64,000 bases of DNA from NCBI GenBank assembly GCA_016201795.1, contig JACQCF010000005.1, positions 20,896 to 84,895 of the forward strand, written 5' to 3'. Shown here in pieces: positions 8,419-17,837 of this stretch. Every line of letters starts with the position of its first letter. Position 1 is the first letter of the stretch. The position numbers and the translations under genes are program-made. The notes below the pieces were generated by a model. That model was not told the DNA's origin, did not search any database, and was given only the letters and a program-made list of their open reading frames with translations. Source of the stretch: Candidatus Omnitrophota bacterium. Its GTDB lineage: Bacteria; Omnitrophota; Gorgyraeia; Zapsychrales; Fredricksoniimonadaceae.

Positions 8419-9044
8419 AACATATTTTTTAAAGAAGCAACGGTTTCTTTAATATTTTGAGCCAATAAAATGTCTCGGCAAATCGCCACCCGCCTGACTC
8501 CTTGCGCCGTTAATTGGCTAAGATTACTGCGACTAATACCACCGATAGAAAACACCGGAATCTTAGTCATCTCAAGTACACGGTTGAGTAATTCCAGATT
8601 CATGCACTTACGCTCGGGCTTTGTTTGAGTTTTAAATACGGAACCAAAACCGATATAATCAGCCCCTTGTCTTTGAGCCTCTTTGACTTGCTCCAGACGC
8701 TGACACGAAACGCCGATAATGGCTTGGGGGCCCATAAGCCCTCTAGCCTGGGCGTAAGGAATATCTTCCTGGCCTAAATGCACCCCATCAGCATCCGCCA
8801 AAAGAGCTAAATCCACCCGATCATTGACAATGAACAATGCTTTACCCGCTGTAATCTTTCGAGCCTGACGGCAGAAGTCCAAAATATCCTTTGCGCTGCC
8901 GTTTTTGTCGCGTAATTGTACTAGATCAACCCCCCCGCGTACAGCTGGTTTTAGTGCTTTAAGCAAATCCCTGTAAGAAAGAACCTGCCTGTCTAAAATC
9001 AAATATAAATTAGCGTTTTTTAACCGCTTTTTGCTCCAGGACAT
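8409..9044 (-). CDS. thiE: thiamine-phosphate synthase
   Basis: VQLRDK, IVNDRVDLAL, ADGVHLGQED, IGVSC, DYIGFGSVFKTQTK, SIGGI. Confidence 0.95.
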   Translation of the reverse strand: MSWSKKRLKNANLYLILDRQVLSYRDLLKALKPAVRGGVDLVQLRDKNGSAKDILDFCRQARKITAGKALFIVNDRVDLALLADADGVHLGQEDIPYAQARGLMGPQAIIGVSCQRLEQVKEAQRQGADYIGFGSVFKTQTKPERKCMNLELLNRVLEMTKIPVFSIGGISRSNLSQLTAQGVRRVAICRDILLAQNIKETVASLKNMLRG

Positions 9045-9420
9045 ACATCTGATACCGTAGTGTTTTAATCCCCTGTGCGGCTGAGGGATTGAAAAGTTTA
9101 GCCACTTCCTCTAGAACCCGCAGGGATTCCTTCACCCGCTGGGCATTGGCAAAAAAAACCGATGGGATATCTTTCCTTTTAAGCTCGCTTGCACAGCTGG
9201 GCCGGCCAACATCTAAGATGACATCCCGGCCTTGCAGCATTTTAAACACATTCAGAGTGCTTGTGACCGTCGTCAATTCATGACGCAAATCTTTCAACGA
9301 TTTTGTTAACGCTTGTTTGTTCCACCCGTAACGGGCGATGTCCTCACAAACCCTCAAACCCTCTTTGGCCCGGTTGAAATTAGCGTCGATGATACGATAA
9401 AGCTGTGGGGTTGGCTTCAT
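9010..9420 (-). CDS. stand-alone ThiD2-family protein (domain found at the N-terminus of cyanobacterial ThiE)
   Basis: RIIDANFNRAKEGLRVCED, RDV..DVG, ANAQRVKESLRVLEE, LRYQMYVLE; adjacent to thiE. Confidence 0.82.
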   Translation of the reverse strand: MKPTPQLYRIIDANFNRAKEGLRVCEDIARYGWNKQALTKSLKDLRHELTTVTSTLNVFKMLQGRDVILDVGRPSCASELKRKDIPSVFFANAQRVKESLRVLEEVAKLFNPSAAQGIKTLRYQMYVLEQKAVKKR

Positions 9421-9422
9421 GC

Positions 9423-9899
9423 TTAAGCCGCCTTCTGCCCTATACGGCGGATCATACTAGTCGTGGAAAAACCTTTGATATATTTGATGAGCTCCACCTT
9501 CTTGACCAACTGTGCCCCCACCACTTCCCTTTTCTTCCAATCCGCGCCTTTAATTAAAACATCCGGCTGGATGGCTTGAATCAGCTCATAAGGAGTATTT
9601 TCATTAAAAATCACCACGAAATCCACACTTTCGAGAGCCGCTAGTACAGTAGCTCTCGATTTTTGCGGACAAATCGGCCTTGAAGGGCCTTTGATACGGC
9701 GGGTGGATTGGTCGCTATTTAACCCCACAATCAAAATACGGTTTTTCTTTTGAGCGGTCTGCAGATATTTGACGTGGCCCAAATGCATCAAATCAAAACA
9801 GCCATTGGTAAAAGCGATCGTCTTTCCCTGGCGGCGTAAACCAACTAATTTCTTCTTAAGTGCCTGTACGCCAACAATTTTATTCTCTGATTTAAACAT
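9423..9899 (-). CDS. rfaE2: D-glycero-beta-D-manno-heptose 1-phosphate adenylyltransferase
   Basis: FTNGCFDLMHLGH, VGLNSD.S, KGPSRP, PDVLIKGADW, FSTT. Confidence 0.92.
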   Translation of the reverse strand: MFKSENKIVGVQALKKKLVGLRRQGKTIAFTNGCFDLMHLGHVKYLQTAQKKNRILIVGLNSDQSTRRIKGPSRPICPQKSRATVLAALESVDFVVIFNENTPYELIQAIQPDVLIKGADWKKREVVGAQLVKKVELIKYIKGFSTTSMIRRIGQKAA

Positions 9900-9911
9900 A
9901 AAATAAAAAAA

Positions 9912-10481
9912 TTATTTGGTTAATGTATCTTCGACCAATTGGCAAATAGTATGGAAAATAACCAAATGTGATTCTTGAATGCGGGCGGTTTTAGATGAGG
10001 CCGCGACAATGACAATATCGCACAAGCCTGCCAATTGACCGCCACTGCCGCCGGTCACGCCGATGGCGGTAATCCCCATGGCTTTAGCTTGTTTGACTGC
10101 TTCTAATACATTCTTGGAATTGCCGCTGGTGGAGATAGCCACCAGCACATCCCCTTTTTGACCCAGGGCCTGAAGCTGGCGGGAGAAAACAATATCAAAA
10201 GTATAATCGTTGCCTAAAGCGGTTAAGGCGGACGTATCCGTCGTTAAAGCAACGGCCGGCCAAGCTGCGCGTTCTTTCTGAAAACGGCCTACGAATTCCG
10301 CGGCAATGTGCTGGCTATCCGCCGCGGAGCCGCCGTTGCCGCAGAAAAAAAGCTTATGATGAGCTTGAAAAGCCTCCATGATCACTTCAGCGGTCTTCAT
10401 GATCTGTGGCAGATTTTTCTTGAGAGTTTCCCCTTTAACGGCAATGGATTCTGCAAAAATTTTTTCGATGGTATTTTTCAT
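9912..10481 (-). CDS. gmhA: phosphoheptose isomerase
   Basis: CGNGGSAADSQHIAAEF, GNDY, ISTSGNSKNV, TARIQESH; start reassigned to ATG 10481. Confidence 0.95.
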   Translation of the reverse strand: MKNTIEKIFAESIAVKGETLKKNLPQIMKTAEVIMEAFQAHHKLFFCGNGGSAADSQHIAAEFVGRFQKERAAWPAVALTTDTSALTALGNDYTFDIVFSRQLQALGQKGDVLVAISTSGNSKNVLEAVKQAKAMGITAIGVTGGSGGQLAGLCDIVIVAASSKTARIQESHLVIFHTICQLVEDTLTK

Positions 10482-10485
10482 GTGG

Positions 10486-11528
10486 TCAATGCCTTGCTGA
10501 AAAAACATTGGTGATTTCAACCAAATCCATACTGACTTGTTTACGCTCGCGCACCGCTTCCTCCATATCCACAAAACAGATTTTATTATCTTTTAAACTC
10601 ACCATCTTGCCGAATTTCTGTTCTTTAACGAGCTCCACGGCTTTAACCCCAAAACGCGTGCCTAAAACCCGGTCAAACGACGTTGGTGTTCCTCCCCGCT
10701 GAATATATCCTAAAACGCTTACACGGGTTTCATAACCCGTATTGTCTTCGATAACTTTGGCTAAGTATTCCCCCACGCTGCCAAAGCGGCGCTTTTCTGC
10801 CATTGGCTCGCTGGAGGTCGAATGCGCCGAACGCGCCATGTACCCCTCAATTTTAGTGCCTTCGGAAATGACAATAATGCTAAAGGGTTTGCCGCGTTTA
10901 TGCCGCTCACGCAAAAGCTCATAGAGCTCCTGTAAATTAACGGGAATTTCCGGAATCAGAATAATATCCGCCCCGCCGGAATGCCCGCTTCCACGGCGAT
11001 CCATCCGGTATAAAGCCCCATCACCTCGACAACCATGATGCGGTGATGTGATTCCGCGGTCGTATGCAAACGGTCAATGCATTGGGTGGCAATATTAACA
11101 GCCGTATCAAAACCAAAAGCGTAATCCGTACCCGAGAGCGCATTATCAATCGATTTAGGCACGCCCACCACTTGAATAATGCCGCGTTTATACAAAGCAT
11201 TGGCAATCTTTAAAGTCTCCTCACCGCCGACGGCAATGAGCGCATCCACGCCGCTTCTTTGATAATGTTCTTTGATCTTCTTAATTTGATCTTCCTTGCC
11301 TAAAGGGTTGAGACGGCTGGTGCCTAAAATGGTCCCGCCGCGGTCCAAAATGCCGGTGGTGGATTTGACATCCAAAACCTTCATGTCATTTTCGATTAAA
11401 CCCAGCCATCCATTTTTAATACCCGTAATCACAAAATTTTCCTGCATACCTTTGCGCACCACCGCGCGGATGACCGAGTTAAGTCCGGGGCAATCAGCCC
11501 CGCCTGTTAAAATACCAATTTTTTTCAT
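10486..11528 (-). pseudogene. pfkA: PfkA-family 6-phosphofructokinase, split by a 1-nt frameshift at ~10980 (pseudogene or sequencing error)
   Basis: ORFs 10956-11531 and 10486-11004 are N- and C-halves; one extra base after GGC ATT restores WIAVEAGI(S/A)GGADIILIPE and a ~347-aa protein. Confidence 0.85.
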
Positions 11529-11543
11529 CAATGAGTCTTAAGG

Positions 11544-12893
11544 TTAACCATCATTTTTTATCATCTTTTCCAAGAAATGAGTCGTGACCTTGCCCTGCAG
11601 AAAGGTCGGATGATGCATGATTTCCATATGCAGCGGAATGGTCGTTTTGATAGGGGCCACGTAAAATTCATCCAGGGCCCGACGCATAATGCGAATCGCC
11701 TCATCACGGTCTTTGCCGTGGACAATCACTTTCGCCAACAGGGAATCATAATAAGGACTGATAGTATAGCCCGGATAAATATGCGTGTCAATGCGCACGC
11801 CAGGTCCGCCTGGCAGATTAAGCTCTGCTATCTTGCCCGGTGAGGGAATGAAATTATTGTAAGGATCTTCGGCGTTGATACGGCATTCAATGGAAGCGCC
11901 CTGGAATTTCACATCTTCCTGCTTCATCTTTAACTTCTGACCATTAGCCGCTTTTATCTGTTCCTTAATAAGATCGATACCGGTGATCATCTCGGTGACC
12001 GGATGTTCCACCTGAATACGCGTATTCATCTCCATAAAATAAAAATTGCCATACGCATCCAGTAAAAATTCAATGGTCCCTGCCCCATGATAATGAACCG
12101 CCTTGGCGGCTTTGACCGCAGCCTCACCCATTTTTTTACGCAAATTAGAATCCAAAGCCGGTGAGGGCGCTTCCTCCAATAATTTTTGATGCCGTCTTTG
12201 CAGGGAACAATCGCGTTCGCCCAGATGAATGACGTTGCCGTATTCATCCGCCAAAATCTGAAACTCCACGTGACGGGGGTCTTCGATGTATTTTTCAATA
12301 TACACATCCGCCCGTCCAAAATTTGCCTCCGCTTCCGCCTGTGCCACTTTAAAAGAATTGATCAGCGTCACATCATTATGGCAGACGCGCATGCCCTTAC
12401 CGCCGCCGCCGGCGGCGGCTTTAATAATCACCGGATATTTAATCTTCTGGGCCACGGCGAGCGCTGCTTCCTGAGTTTTAATAACACCGTTGCCGCCGGC
12501 TGTTAAAGGCACCCCCATTTTTTTAACCGTTTCTTTGGCGATAATTTTATCGCCCATTTTGCGGATGGACTCCGGCGAGGGGCCAATGAATTTGATATGA
12601 CAGGATTCGCAAATCTCGGCAAAATGCGCGTTTTCCGATAGAAAGCCGTAGCCGGGATGAATAGCTTCCACGTCGGTGATCTCCGCAGCGGAGATAATCG
12701 CGGGGATATTCAAATAGCTTTCTTTGCTTGCGGCCTTGCCAATACAAACCGCTTCATCGGCAAAACGCACGTGCAAAGAATCGCGATCCGCTTCGGAATA
12801 AACCGCCACCGTGCGAATGCCGAGTTCCTTGCAGGCACGAATGACACGCAGGGCGATTTCACCACGATTGGCGATAAGGATTTTGGAAAACAT
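11544..12893 (-). CDS. accC: acetyl-CoA carboxylase biotin carboxylase
   Basis: [51 protein letters not shown]. Confidence 0.97.
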   Translation of the reverse strand: MFSKILIANRGEIALRVIRACKELGIRTVAVYSEADRDSLHVRFADEAVCIGKAASKESYLNIPAIISAAEITDVEAIHPGYGFLSENAHFAEICESCHIKFIGPSPESIRKMGDKIIAKETVKKMGVPLTAGGNGVIKTQEAALAVAQKIKYPVIIKAAAGGGGKGMRVCHNDVTLINSFKVAQAEAEANFGRADVYIEKYIEDPRHVEFQILADEYGNVIHLGERDCSLQRRHQKLLEEAPSPALDSNLRKKMGEAAVKAAKAVHYHGAGTIEFLLDAYGNFYFMEMNTRIQVEHPVTEMITGIDLIKEQIKAANGQKLKMKQEDVKFQGASIECRINAEDPYNNFIPSPGKIAELNLPGGPGVRIDTHIYPGYTISPYYDSLLAKVIVHGKDRDEAIRIMRRALDEFYVAPIKTTIPLHMEIMHHPTFLQGKVTTHFLEKMIKNDG

Positions 12894-12896
12894 AAA

Positions 12897-13367
12897 TTAT
12901 AGCGGTTCAACTACAAATAAGGTTTGGCCAAATTCGACAGGTTCGGCGTTTGAGACAGCCACTTCCGCAATTTTACCGCGCACTTCGGATTTAATTTCGT
13001 TCATGAGCTTCATGGCTTCCACAATACAAACCACTTGGCCGACTTCCACGGTCTGGCCGACTTCCACAAACGCGGCCGCTTCCGGAGACGGAGCGCGATA
13101 AAAAGTGCCCACCATCGGTGACTTGATCTGTTGGGTCGATTTTTGGGAAGTTTCAGCGGTGGATGCCACAGCCGTGGGCGTGGCCGAAGAGGTGGCGATT
13201 TTCGGGGCAGGAATAGATTCGACCGTATAATGAACAGGCGCCTGAAGCTGCGCTTCAAGGGTTGTTTTCTTTAATTTCAACTTAAGGCCTTCGCGTTCAA
13301 TTTCAATCTCGCTAAGATTGTTTTCATTCATCAGCGCGATGATTTCCTTAATTTCTTTTAAATTCAT
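12897..13367 (-). CDS. accB: biotin carboxyl carrier protein
   Basis: SPMVGTFYRAPSP, EAMKLMNEI biotinylation motif. Confidence 0.96.
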   Translation of the reverse strand: MNLKEIKEIIALMNENNLSEIEIEREGLKLKLKKTTLEAQLQAPVHYTVESIPAPKIATSSATPTAVASTAETSQKSTQQIKSPMVGTFYRAPSPEAAAFVEVGQTVEVGQVVCIVEAMKLMNEIKSEVRGKIAEVAVSNAEPVEFGQTLFVVEPL

Positions 13368-13930
13368 TTTTTGACCCTTTCGACATAGATGCCGGTTCTG
13401 GTGTCAACTTTAATCGTCTCCCCGGGGCTGATAAACAAAGGTACAGAAACAAAAGCGCCGGTATCAATTTTAGCAGGTTTATAGCCGGCTTTGGAAGAAT
13501 CCCCTTTAAGGCCGGGATCTGCTTCGGTGATGGTCGCTATAATAAAAGTAGGAACCTCGGCTTTAATCACCTGCCCCTTATAAATAATGGTTTCCACTGC
13601 CATATTATCTTGCAGGTATTTGACCCCATCACCCAGAAGGTCTTTAGGTATCACCATATCTTCAAAAGTATTCTGGTCCATGAAATGGTATTCATCGCCT
13701 GCGGCATAGGTAAACTGCATGCGCTGGCGTTCTAAGGACGCATCTTCTAACATATCAGAACTACGAAAGGTGCGTTCCAAAACAGCGTCGGTTTTAATAT
13801 TTTTGAGCCGCACGCGTACAAAAGCGCTGCCTTTACCAGGCTTGACGTGATGATATTCGGTTACAAAATAAAGATTACCCTCCACCAACAGACCCATACC
13901 ACCTTCAATCTCATTAATGGTGATTGCCAC
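13364..13930 (-). CDS. efp: elongation factor P (likely GTG start 13930)
   Basis: HVKPGKGSAFVR, PGLKGD, VPLFI..GETIKVDTRTG. Confidence 0.96.
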   Translation of the reverse strand: MAITINEIEGGMGLLVEGNLYFVTEYHHVKPGKGSAFVRVRLKNIKTDAVLERTFRSSDMLEDASLERQRMQFTYAAGDEYHFMDQNTFEDMVIPKDLLGDGVKYLQDNMAVETIIYKGQVIKAEVPTFIIATITEADPGLKGDSSKAGYKPAKIDTGAFVSVPLFISPGETIKVDTRTGIYVERVKK

Positions 13931-14972
13931 TGAGCGCCTCACATCCTTCTTGGGTCACTAAAACCATATCTTCCACTCTTATTCCAAACTGCCCGGGGAT
14001 ATACACCCCAGGCTCTACCGTTACCACCATTCCCGGCTCCAGGATACTCTGGCTTTGCACTGAAAGCCTGGGGTTTTCATGGATTTCAAGCCCTACTCCA
14101 TGCCCTAAGGAATGGCCAAAATATTTTGCTAAACCAAACCTGCGCAAGACCTTACGTGCATGAGCATCTACTTCGGCCACTGCAATTCCCGGCTTAATGA
14201 GCTTAATCGCTTCCTGTTGCGCAAGCGTTGTAGCTCCAAGCGCTTTGGTATAACGAGGCGACATTCTACCCAAAAAGAAATTGCGTGTCAAGTCAGACTT
14301 ATAACCTTCTAGATCAATACCAATATCGATCAACAAAGGCTCATTGGTTCGCAGGATTCTGTCACTAACCTTCGCATGAGGATGGGCGGAATTAGGCCCT
14401 GAGGCAATAATGGGATCAAAAGAAAACCTAACCTGATTTTTTTTAATAAATCCCTCCAAATGCCCCAAGATTTGACGTTCAGAAAGGCCTGGCTTCACCA
14501 CTTTTTTTAAAAATTCCAAGGCTCTAAAATGCACTTTCAAACATTGGCGAATGGCATTCACTTCCCCCTCTTCCTTAATTTCCCTTAAACTCTCGACCAA
14601 ACCATTGGCCGCAATAAGCTTAGTCCGGCGCGGGCAAAAACTCTTAAGTTTCTTAAAACAAGCCACCGAAGTATGCCGCTCGTCAAAGCCCAGACGCTTG
14701 ATTTTATGGTTTTGGGCCACCTCAAAGAGAGTTTCGGCCAAGCATCGGGTATGTTGTTTGACTGAAGCAATACCTTTTAACCCCTCCCTGGCTTCTTGAA
14801 TGTAGCGAAAATCAGTAATGTAAAAAACCTTTTTGGGTGTCACTAAAAGCCAGGATTCCTGGGCAGGGAAACTGGTTAAATACTTAATATTGACATCTTG
14901 AGTAATAAGAAGCGCATTGATACTACGATGACGGGGAAATTCAGCGACTAATCTTCTTAAACGATGGTTCAT
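13914..14972 (-). CDS. Xaa-Pro peptidase (M24 family)
   Basis: YKSDLTR, FGHSLGHGVGLEIHE, TVEPGVY, GIRVEDMV; conserved pepP-efp-accBC context. Confidence 0.92.
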   Translation of the reverse strand: MNHRLRRLVAEFPRHRSINALLITQDVNIKYLTSFPAQESWLLVTPKKVFYITDFRYIQEAREGLKGIASVKQHTRCLAETLFEVAQNHKIKRLGFDERHTSVACFKKLKSFCPRRTKLIAANGLVESLREIKEEGEVNAIRQCLKVHFRALEFLKKVVKPGLSERQILGHLEGFIKKNQVRFSFDPIIASGPNSAHPHAKVSDRILRTNEPLLIDIGIDLEGYKSDLTRNFFLGRMSPRYTKALGATTLAQQEAIKLIKPGIAVAEVDAHARKVLRRFGLAKYFGHSLGHGVGLEIHENPRLSVQSQSILEPGMVVTVEPGVYIPGQFGIRVEDMVLVTQEGCEALSGNHH

Positions 14973-15002
14973 AAAAACCCAGGATGCCTCTGTTAAGGCG
15001 GG

Positions 15003-15158
15003 TCATTGCTCAGCTTGATCGGCTAGCAATACAGGAATACCGTTTTTAATAGGGTATTTGCGTCCGCATTGGAGGCAGACAACGTTATTATTTTTGAGTT
15101 CTATTTCTCCGCCGCAGGCGGGACAAGCGAGAATTTCCAACAATTTGGGATCTATCAT
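15003..15158 (-). CDS. Trm112/YcaR family protein
   Basis: Below ORF-track cutoff; MIDPKLLEILACPACGGEI...CLQCGRKYPIKNGIPVLLADQAEQ. Confidence 0.92.
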   Translation of the reverse strand: MIDPKLLEILACPACGGEIELKNNNVVCLQCGRKYPIKNGIPVLLADQAEQ

Positions 15159-15557
15159 TTAACTTGGGGCTTGTTCTTTTTTAACCGCTTCCACGTAGCG
15201 CAATTGAAGTTCGTAAATCGACCCATGAAGCAATTCCGACTCTTCTTTGGTTAAATTGCCCGTGGTCTTTTCTCTGATAATAGTCATGGTATCAATCAAA
15301 AACTTGGCTTGTTTGAGGTTTCTATCTATCTGATTGGTCAGCGGATTAGGGATTTCCCCCAAAAAGATCATCGCCTGAAAGCCCAGACTTGCGATATAGT
15401 TAAAAAAATCCAATTGCGGCTCTTGACCCGCCTCTGGCGGGTCTTGCTCTTGAGATGGTTTTTCTTCACAGGAAACTGGAATGGGTTTTCCATCGGGGCC
15501 GATGAGGCCGCTGGATTCAGGGCTCACCTTCTCTCCCCAGCGATTATGCAGATCCAT
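15159..15557 (-). CDS. DUF1844 family protein
   Basis: QAMIFLGEIPNP, AKFLIDTM..IREKTTGNLTKEE..LL...IYELQLRY; SD AAGGA upstream. Confidence 0.85.
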   Translation of the reverse strand: MDLHNRWGEKVSPESSGLIGPDGKPIPVSCEEKPSQEQDPPEAGQEPQLDFFNYIASLGFQAMIFLGEIPNPLTNQIDRNLKQAKFLIDTMTIIREKTTGNLTKEESELLHGSIYELQLRYVEAVKKEQAPS

Positions 15558-15584
15558 ACTTGATCCTTTCTAAAAAGTATGGAC

Positions 15585-15613
15585 ACTTTAACACTGAAGC
15601 GTATAGTTGTCAA
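15585..15613 (-). promoter_or_regulatory. putative sigma70 promoter for DUF1844-...-efp-accBC unit
   Basis: TTGACA (15613-15608), 17 nt spacer, TAAAGT (15590-15585) preceded by TGn. Confidence 0.65.
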
Positions 15614-15633
15614 TCCGAGTGTAATCGAAGGGA
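15612..15633 (+). repeat. degenerate tandem-GA hairpin repeat unit
   Basis: AATCC-GA-GTGTAATC-GA-AGGGA, close to AATCCT-GA-GTGTAACC-GA-AGGAT at 38249-38276. Confidence 0.55.
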
Positions 15634-15652
15634 GCGGAAGAATAATTAAGAA

Positions 15653-16312
15653 CTACTGATCGCGCAGTTGATATTCAATTTCAATATTGAAGGTGTATTC
15701 CGGCAGGGTCATGCCTTTTAAAAAAGGCGGAAAACGTGCTTCTTTGAGGCTTTTGGTAGAAATGTAGCGTAAATTTTGACTGGCTCTAGTTTTCGCATCA
15801 ATAACCTGATAATCCTTAAGACTCCCATCCGAAGCAATAATAAAGGTCAAATATACTTTGCCGTTATCCAGCTGGTTGTAATTGGCGTAAACCCTTTCCT
15901 TAATGCTTTCCCGCACCCTGTCCTGGTAAGAGGTGTAAATGGGATTATTGATCTTCTGTGATACAATCGGTGTCACCGTAATATGATTAACCTGCAAGGA
16001 TTTGATCCGCACGGGCCTGCGCTCGTAGACGAAATCTTTAAACTCCTGGCTATCTTTGACCAATTTAATACCGATGGCATCATTGGAAGGCAAAAGCAAG
16101 GAATTTTGCAAATCCAATTTTTGGGCTGGCTTAATGACATGCTGTCGAATATCTAATGCCCGAGGGCTGATGGGTTTGTAGGTAATCTCCACACTCCTGA
16201 GCCTGGCTCTTTGAAGCTGCGGTAATTTCATCCAGTAGCCGCTGCCAACAACCATCGTATGAATCGTCAATGAAATCAATAAGGCTCTGAACAAAAAATG
16301 ATCAGTGGTCAT
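15653..16312 (-). CDS. TonB/TolA-like protein (N-terminal TM, TonB_C-like domain)
   Basis: TM with S-x3-H (SLTIH); C-terminal Y..RVRESIK...GKVYLTFIIASDGSL...ARFPPF; no Pro-rich linker. Confidence 0.65.
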   Translation of the reverse strand: MTTDHFLFRALLISLTIHTMVVGSGYWMKLPQLQRARLRSVEITYKPISPRALDIRQHVIKPAQKLDLQNSLLLPSNDAIGIKLVKDSQEFKDFVYERRPVRIKSLQVNHITVTPIVSQKINNPIYTSYQDRVRESIKERVYANYNQLDNGKVYLTFIIASDGSLKDYQVIDAKTRASQNLRYISTKSLKEARFPPFLKGMTLPEYTFNIEIEYQLRDQ

Positions 16313-16974
16313 GGCGTAAACATCTCCCGACTGAGGTAACGGATAAACTTAAGCGTATCACGCACGGGGCTAATCTTGCTGATCTCATCGCGATAAATGG
16401 TCTGAATCGGCACCGCAGCCATGCGAAAACCCTTTTTACTGGCTTTAATCAGAATTTCCGTTTCAATCTCAAAATCCGTGCATTGAAGTTCAATGGCCTT
16501 AAGGACATTGGTTGTCATCAAACGAAACCCGCATTGAGTATCCGCGATTTTCTGACGGCAAATCAAAGAAATGACCCATGACATAAACCTGTTGGTGACC
16601 CGTCGCAGCCAAGGCATCTCTGAAGGATTATGCATGCGATCCCCGCTAATAATATCCGCCTGTGTGTTTCGATAACATTCCAAAAAATGACCGATATCTA
16701 AAGGCGAATGCTGCCCGTCACCATCCATTGTAATGACGGCCTCATACCCTTGTCCCAGAGCTTGCGCAAAGGCCAGACGCAGAGCATTACCCTTACCCCC
16801 TTTTTTATGGGTTGAGATCACCAGCGCTCCCTGCGTTTTAGCCAAAAGGGCTGTGTCATCACTGGAACCGTCGTCAACGACTATGACATCGTAACCTAAA
16901 TCGGTAATCGCTTTAACCAAAGCGCCGATCGATCTGGCTTCATTATGGGCGGGGATGACAATGGCGATTTTCAT
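16309..16974 (-). CDS. GT2 glycosyltransferase (polyprenol-phosphate sugar synthase-like)
   Basis: IPAHNE, VVDDGSSD, GKGNAL, TMDGDGQH, DTQCGFR, FEIETE. Confidence 0.9.
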   Translation of the reverse strand: MKIAIVIPAHNEARSIGALVKAITDLGYDVIVVDDGSSDDTALLAKTQGALVISTHKKGGKGNALRLAFAQALGQGYEAVITMDGDGQHSPLDIGHFLECYRNTQADIISGDRMHNPSEMPWLRRVTNRFMSWVISLICRQKIADTQCGFRLMTTNVLKAIELQCTDFEIETEILIKASKKGFRMAAVPIQTIYRDEISKISPVRDTLKFIRYLSREMFTP

Positions 16975-17834
16975 ACGTTCTCAAAACGGCGAAACATCAG
17001 CCATTGGCTGGGATTCTGCCGGATTTGTTCCTCAATCAAAGGAAGGTATTGTTTAGTGAGCTGTTCTATATCCTCATCACTGATATGGCCCGCCTTCATA
17101 GGCGGCGGATCAATGGGTTCCCCTAATGTAATACGAAAATTATTCTGATGACCGCGTAAAAAAAACACCGGGATGATGGGAGCACCGGTTTTAAGCGCAA
17201 AGAGAGCCGCGCCTTGGGGAATCATGGCCTTTCGTCCTAAAAAATCCATCGGCAGACCGTGATGGCCAAAATCCCTGTCGGCCAGAATGGCAATAAAACG
17301 ATTGCGTTTTAAATGTTCCAAACAACCACGCAGAGCCACATTAGTTTGAATCACCGTGGCCCCAAAAAACTCTCGCTGGCTGTTAAAAAAATGATTAACC
17401 CGCTCGTCCCTATGCGCCAAAGCCACGATCGACACAGGATACCCCAGAAGAGCTAACAGGGCCGCTCCCATTTCCCAATTCCCCAGATGTGCGCTAAGAA
17501 TAATACCGCCTTTGCCTTTATGAAGCACCTCGTTTAAATGCTCCACCCCCGTCATCTGAACAGAATTTTTAATAAACTCCCGATCGAGCCTTCGGGTCAT
17601 GGTAAAAAAATCCGCCAGATATTTACCAAAATTGTGAAACACATCACGCACCATCGAAGCGGGAACTTGATCGGCGTTAAGAACAACTTTTAGATTAGCC
17701 TCTACAGCCTCACGGTCTGCTTTGGATAACAGATATTGACAATCCGAAAGAAAAACAGCTAGCGCATAACTGACCGATAGCGGCAGATGGCGCGTCAAAA
17801 ATTGTCCGATTTTATAAAGACAAAAATTTCCCAT
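16971..17834 (-). CDS. LpxL/PatA-family lipid acyltransferase
   Basis: GIILSAHLGNWE, AILADRD, GAALFALKTGAPIIP, IRQNPSQWLMF. Confidence 0.88.
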   Translation of the reverse strand: MGNFCLYKIGQFLTRHLPLSVSYALAVFLSDCQYLLSKADREAVEANLKVVLNADQVPASMVRDVFHNFGKYLADFFTMTRRLDREFIKNSVQMTGVEHLNEVLHKGKGGIILSAHLGNWEMGAALLALLGYPVSIVALAHRDERVNHFFNSQREFFGATVIQTNVALRGCLEHLKRNRFIAILADRDFGHHGLPMDFLGRKAMIPQGAALFALKTGAPIIPVFFLRGHQNNFRITLGEPIDPPPMKAGHISDEDIEQLTKQYLPLIEEQIRQNPSQWLMFRRFENV

Positions 17835-17837
17835 ATT

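Noticed and set aside
10970-10990. Programmed -1 ribosomal frameshift in pfkA
   Set aside because: No slippery heptamer or long homopolymer, and tRNA re-pairing from ATT to CAT would be poor.
15108-15123. CCGCC-TGC-GGCGG palindrome inside the Trm112 gene resembling the tRNA-adjacent family
   Set aside because: It encodes the expected CPACGG zinc-knuckle region with no length change, so codon coincidence is sufficient.
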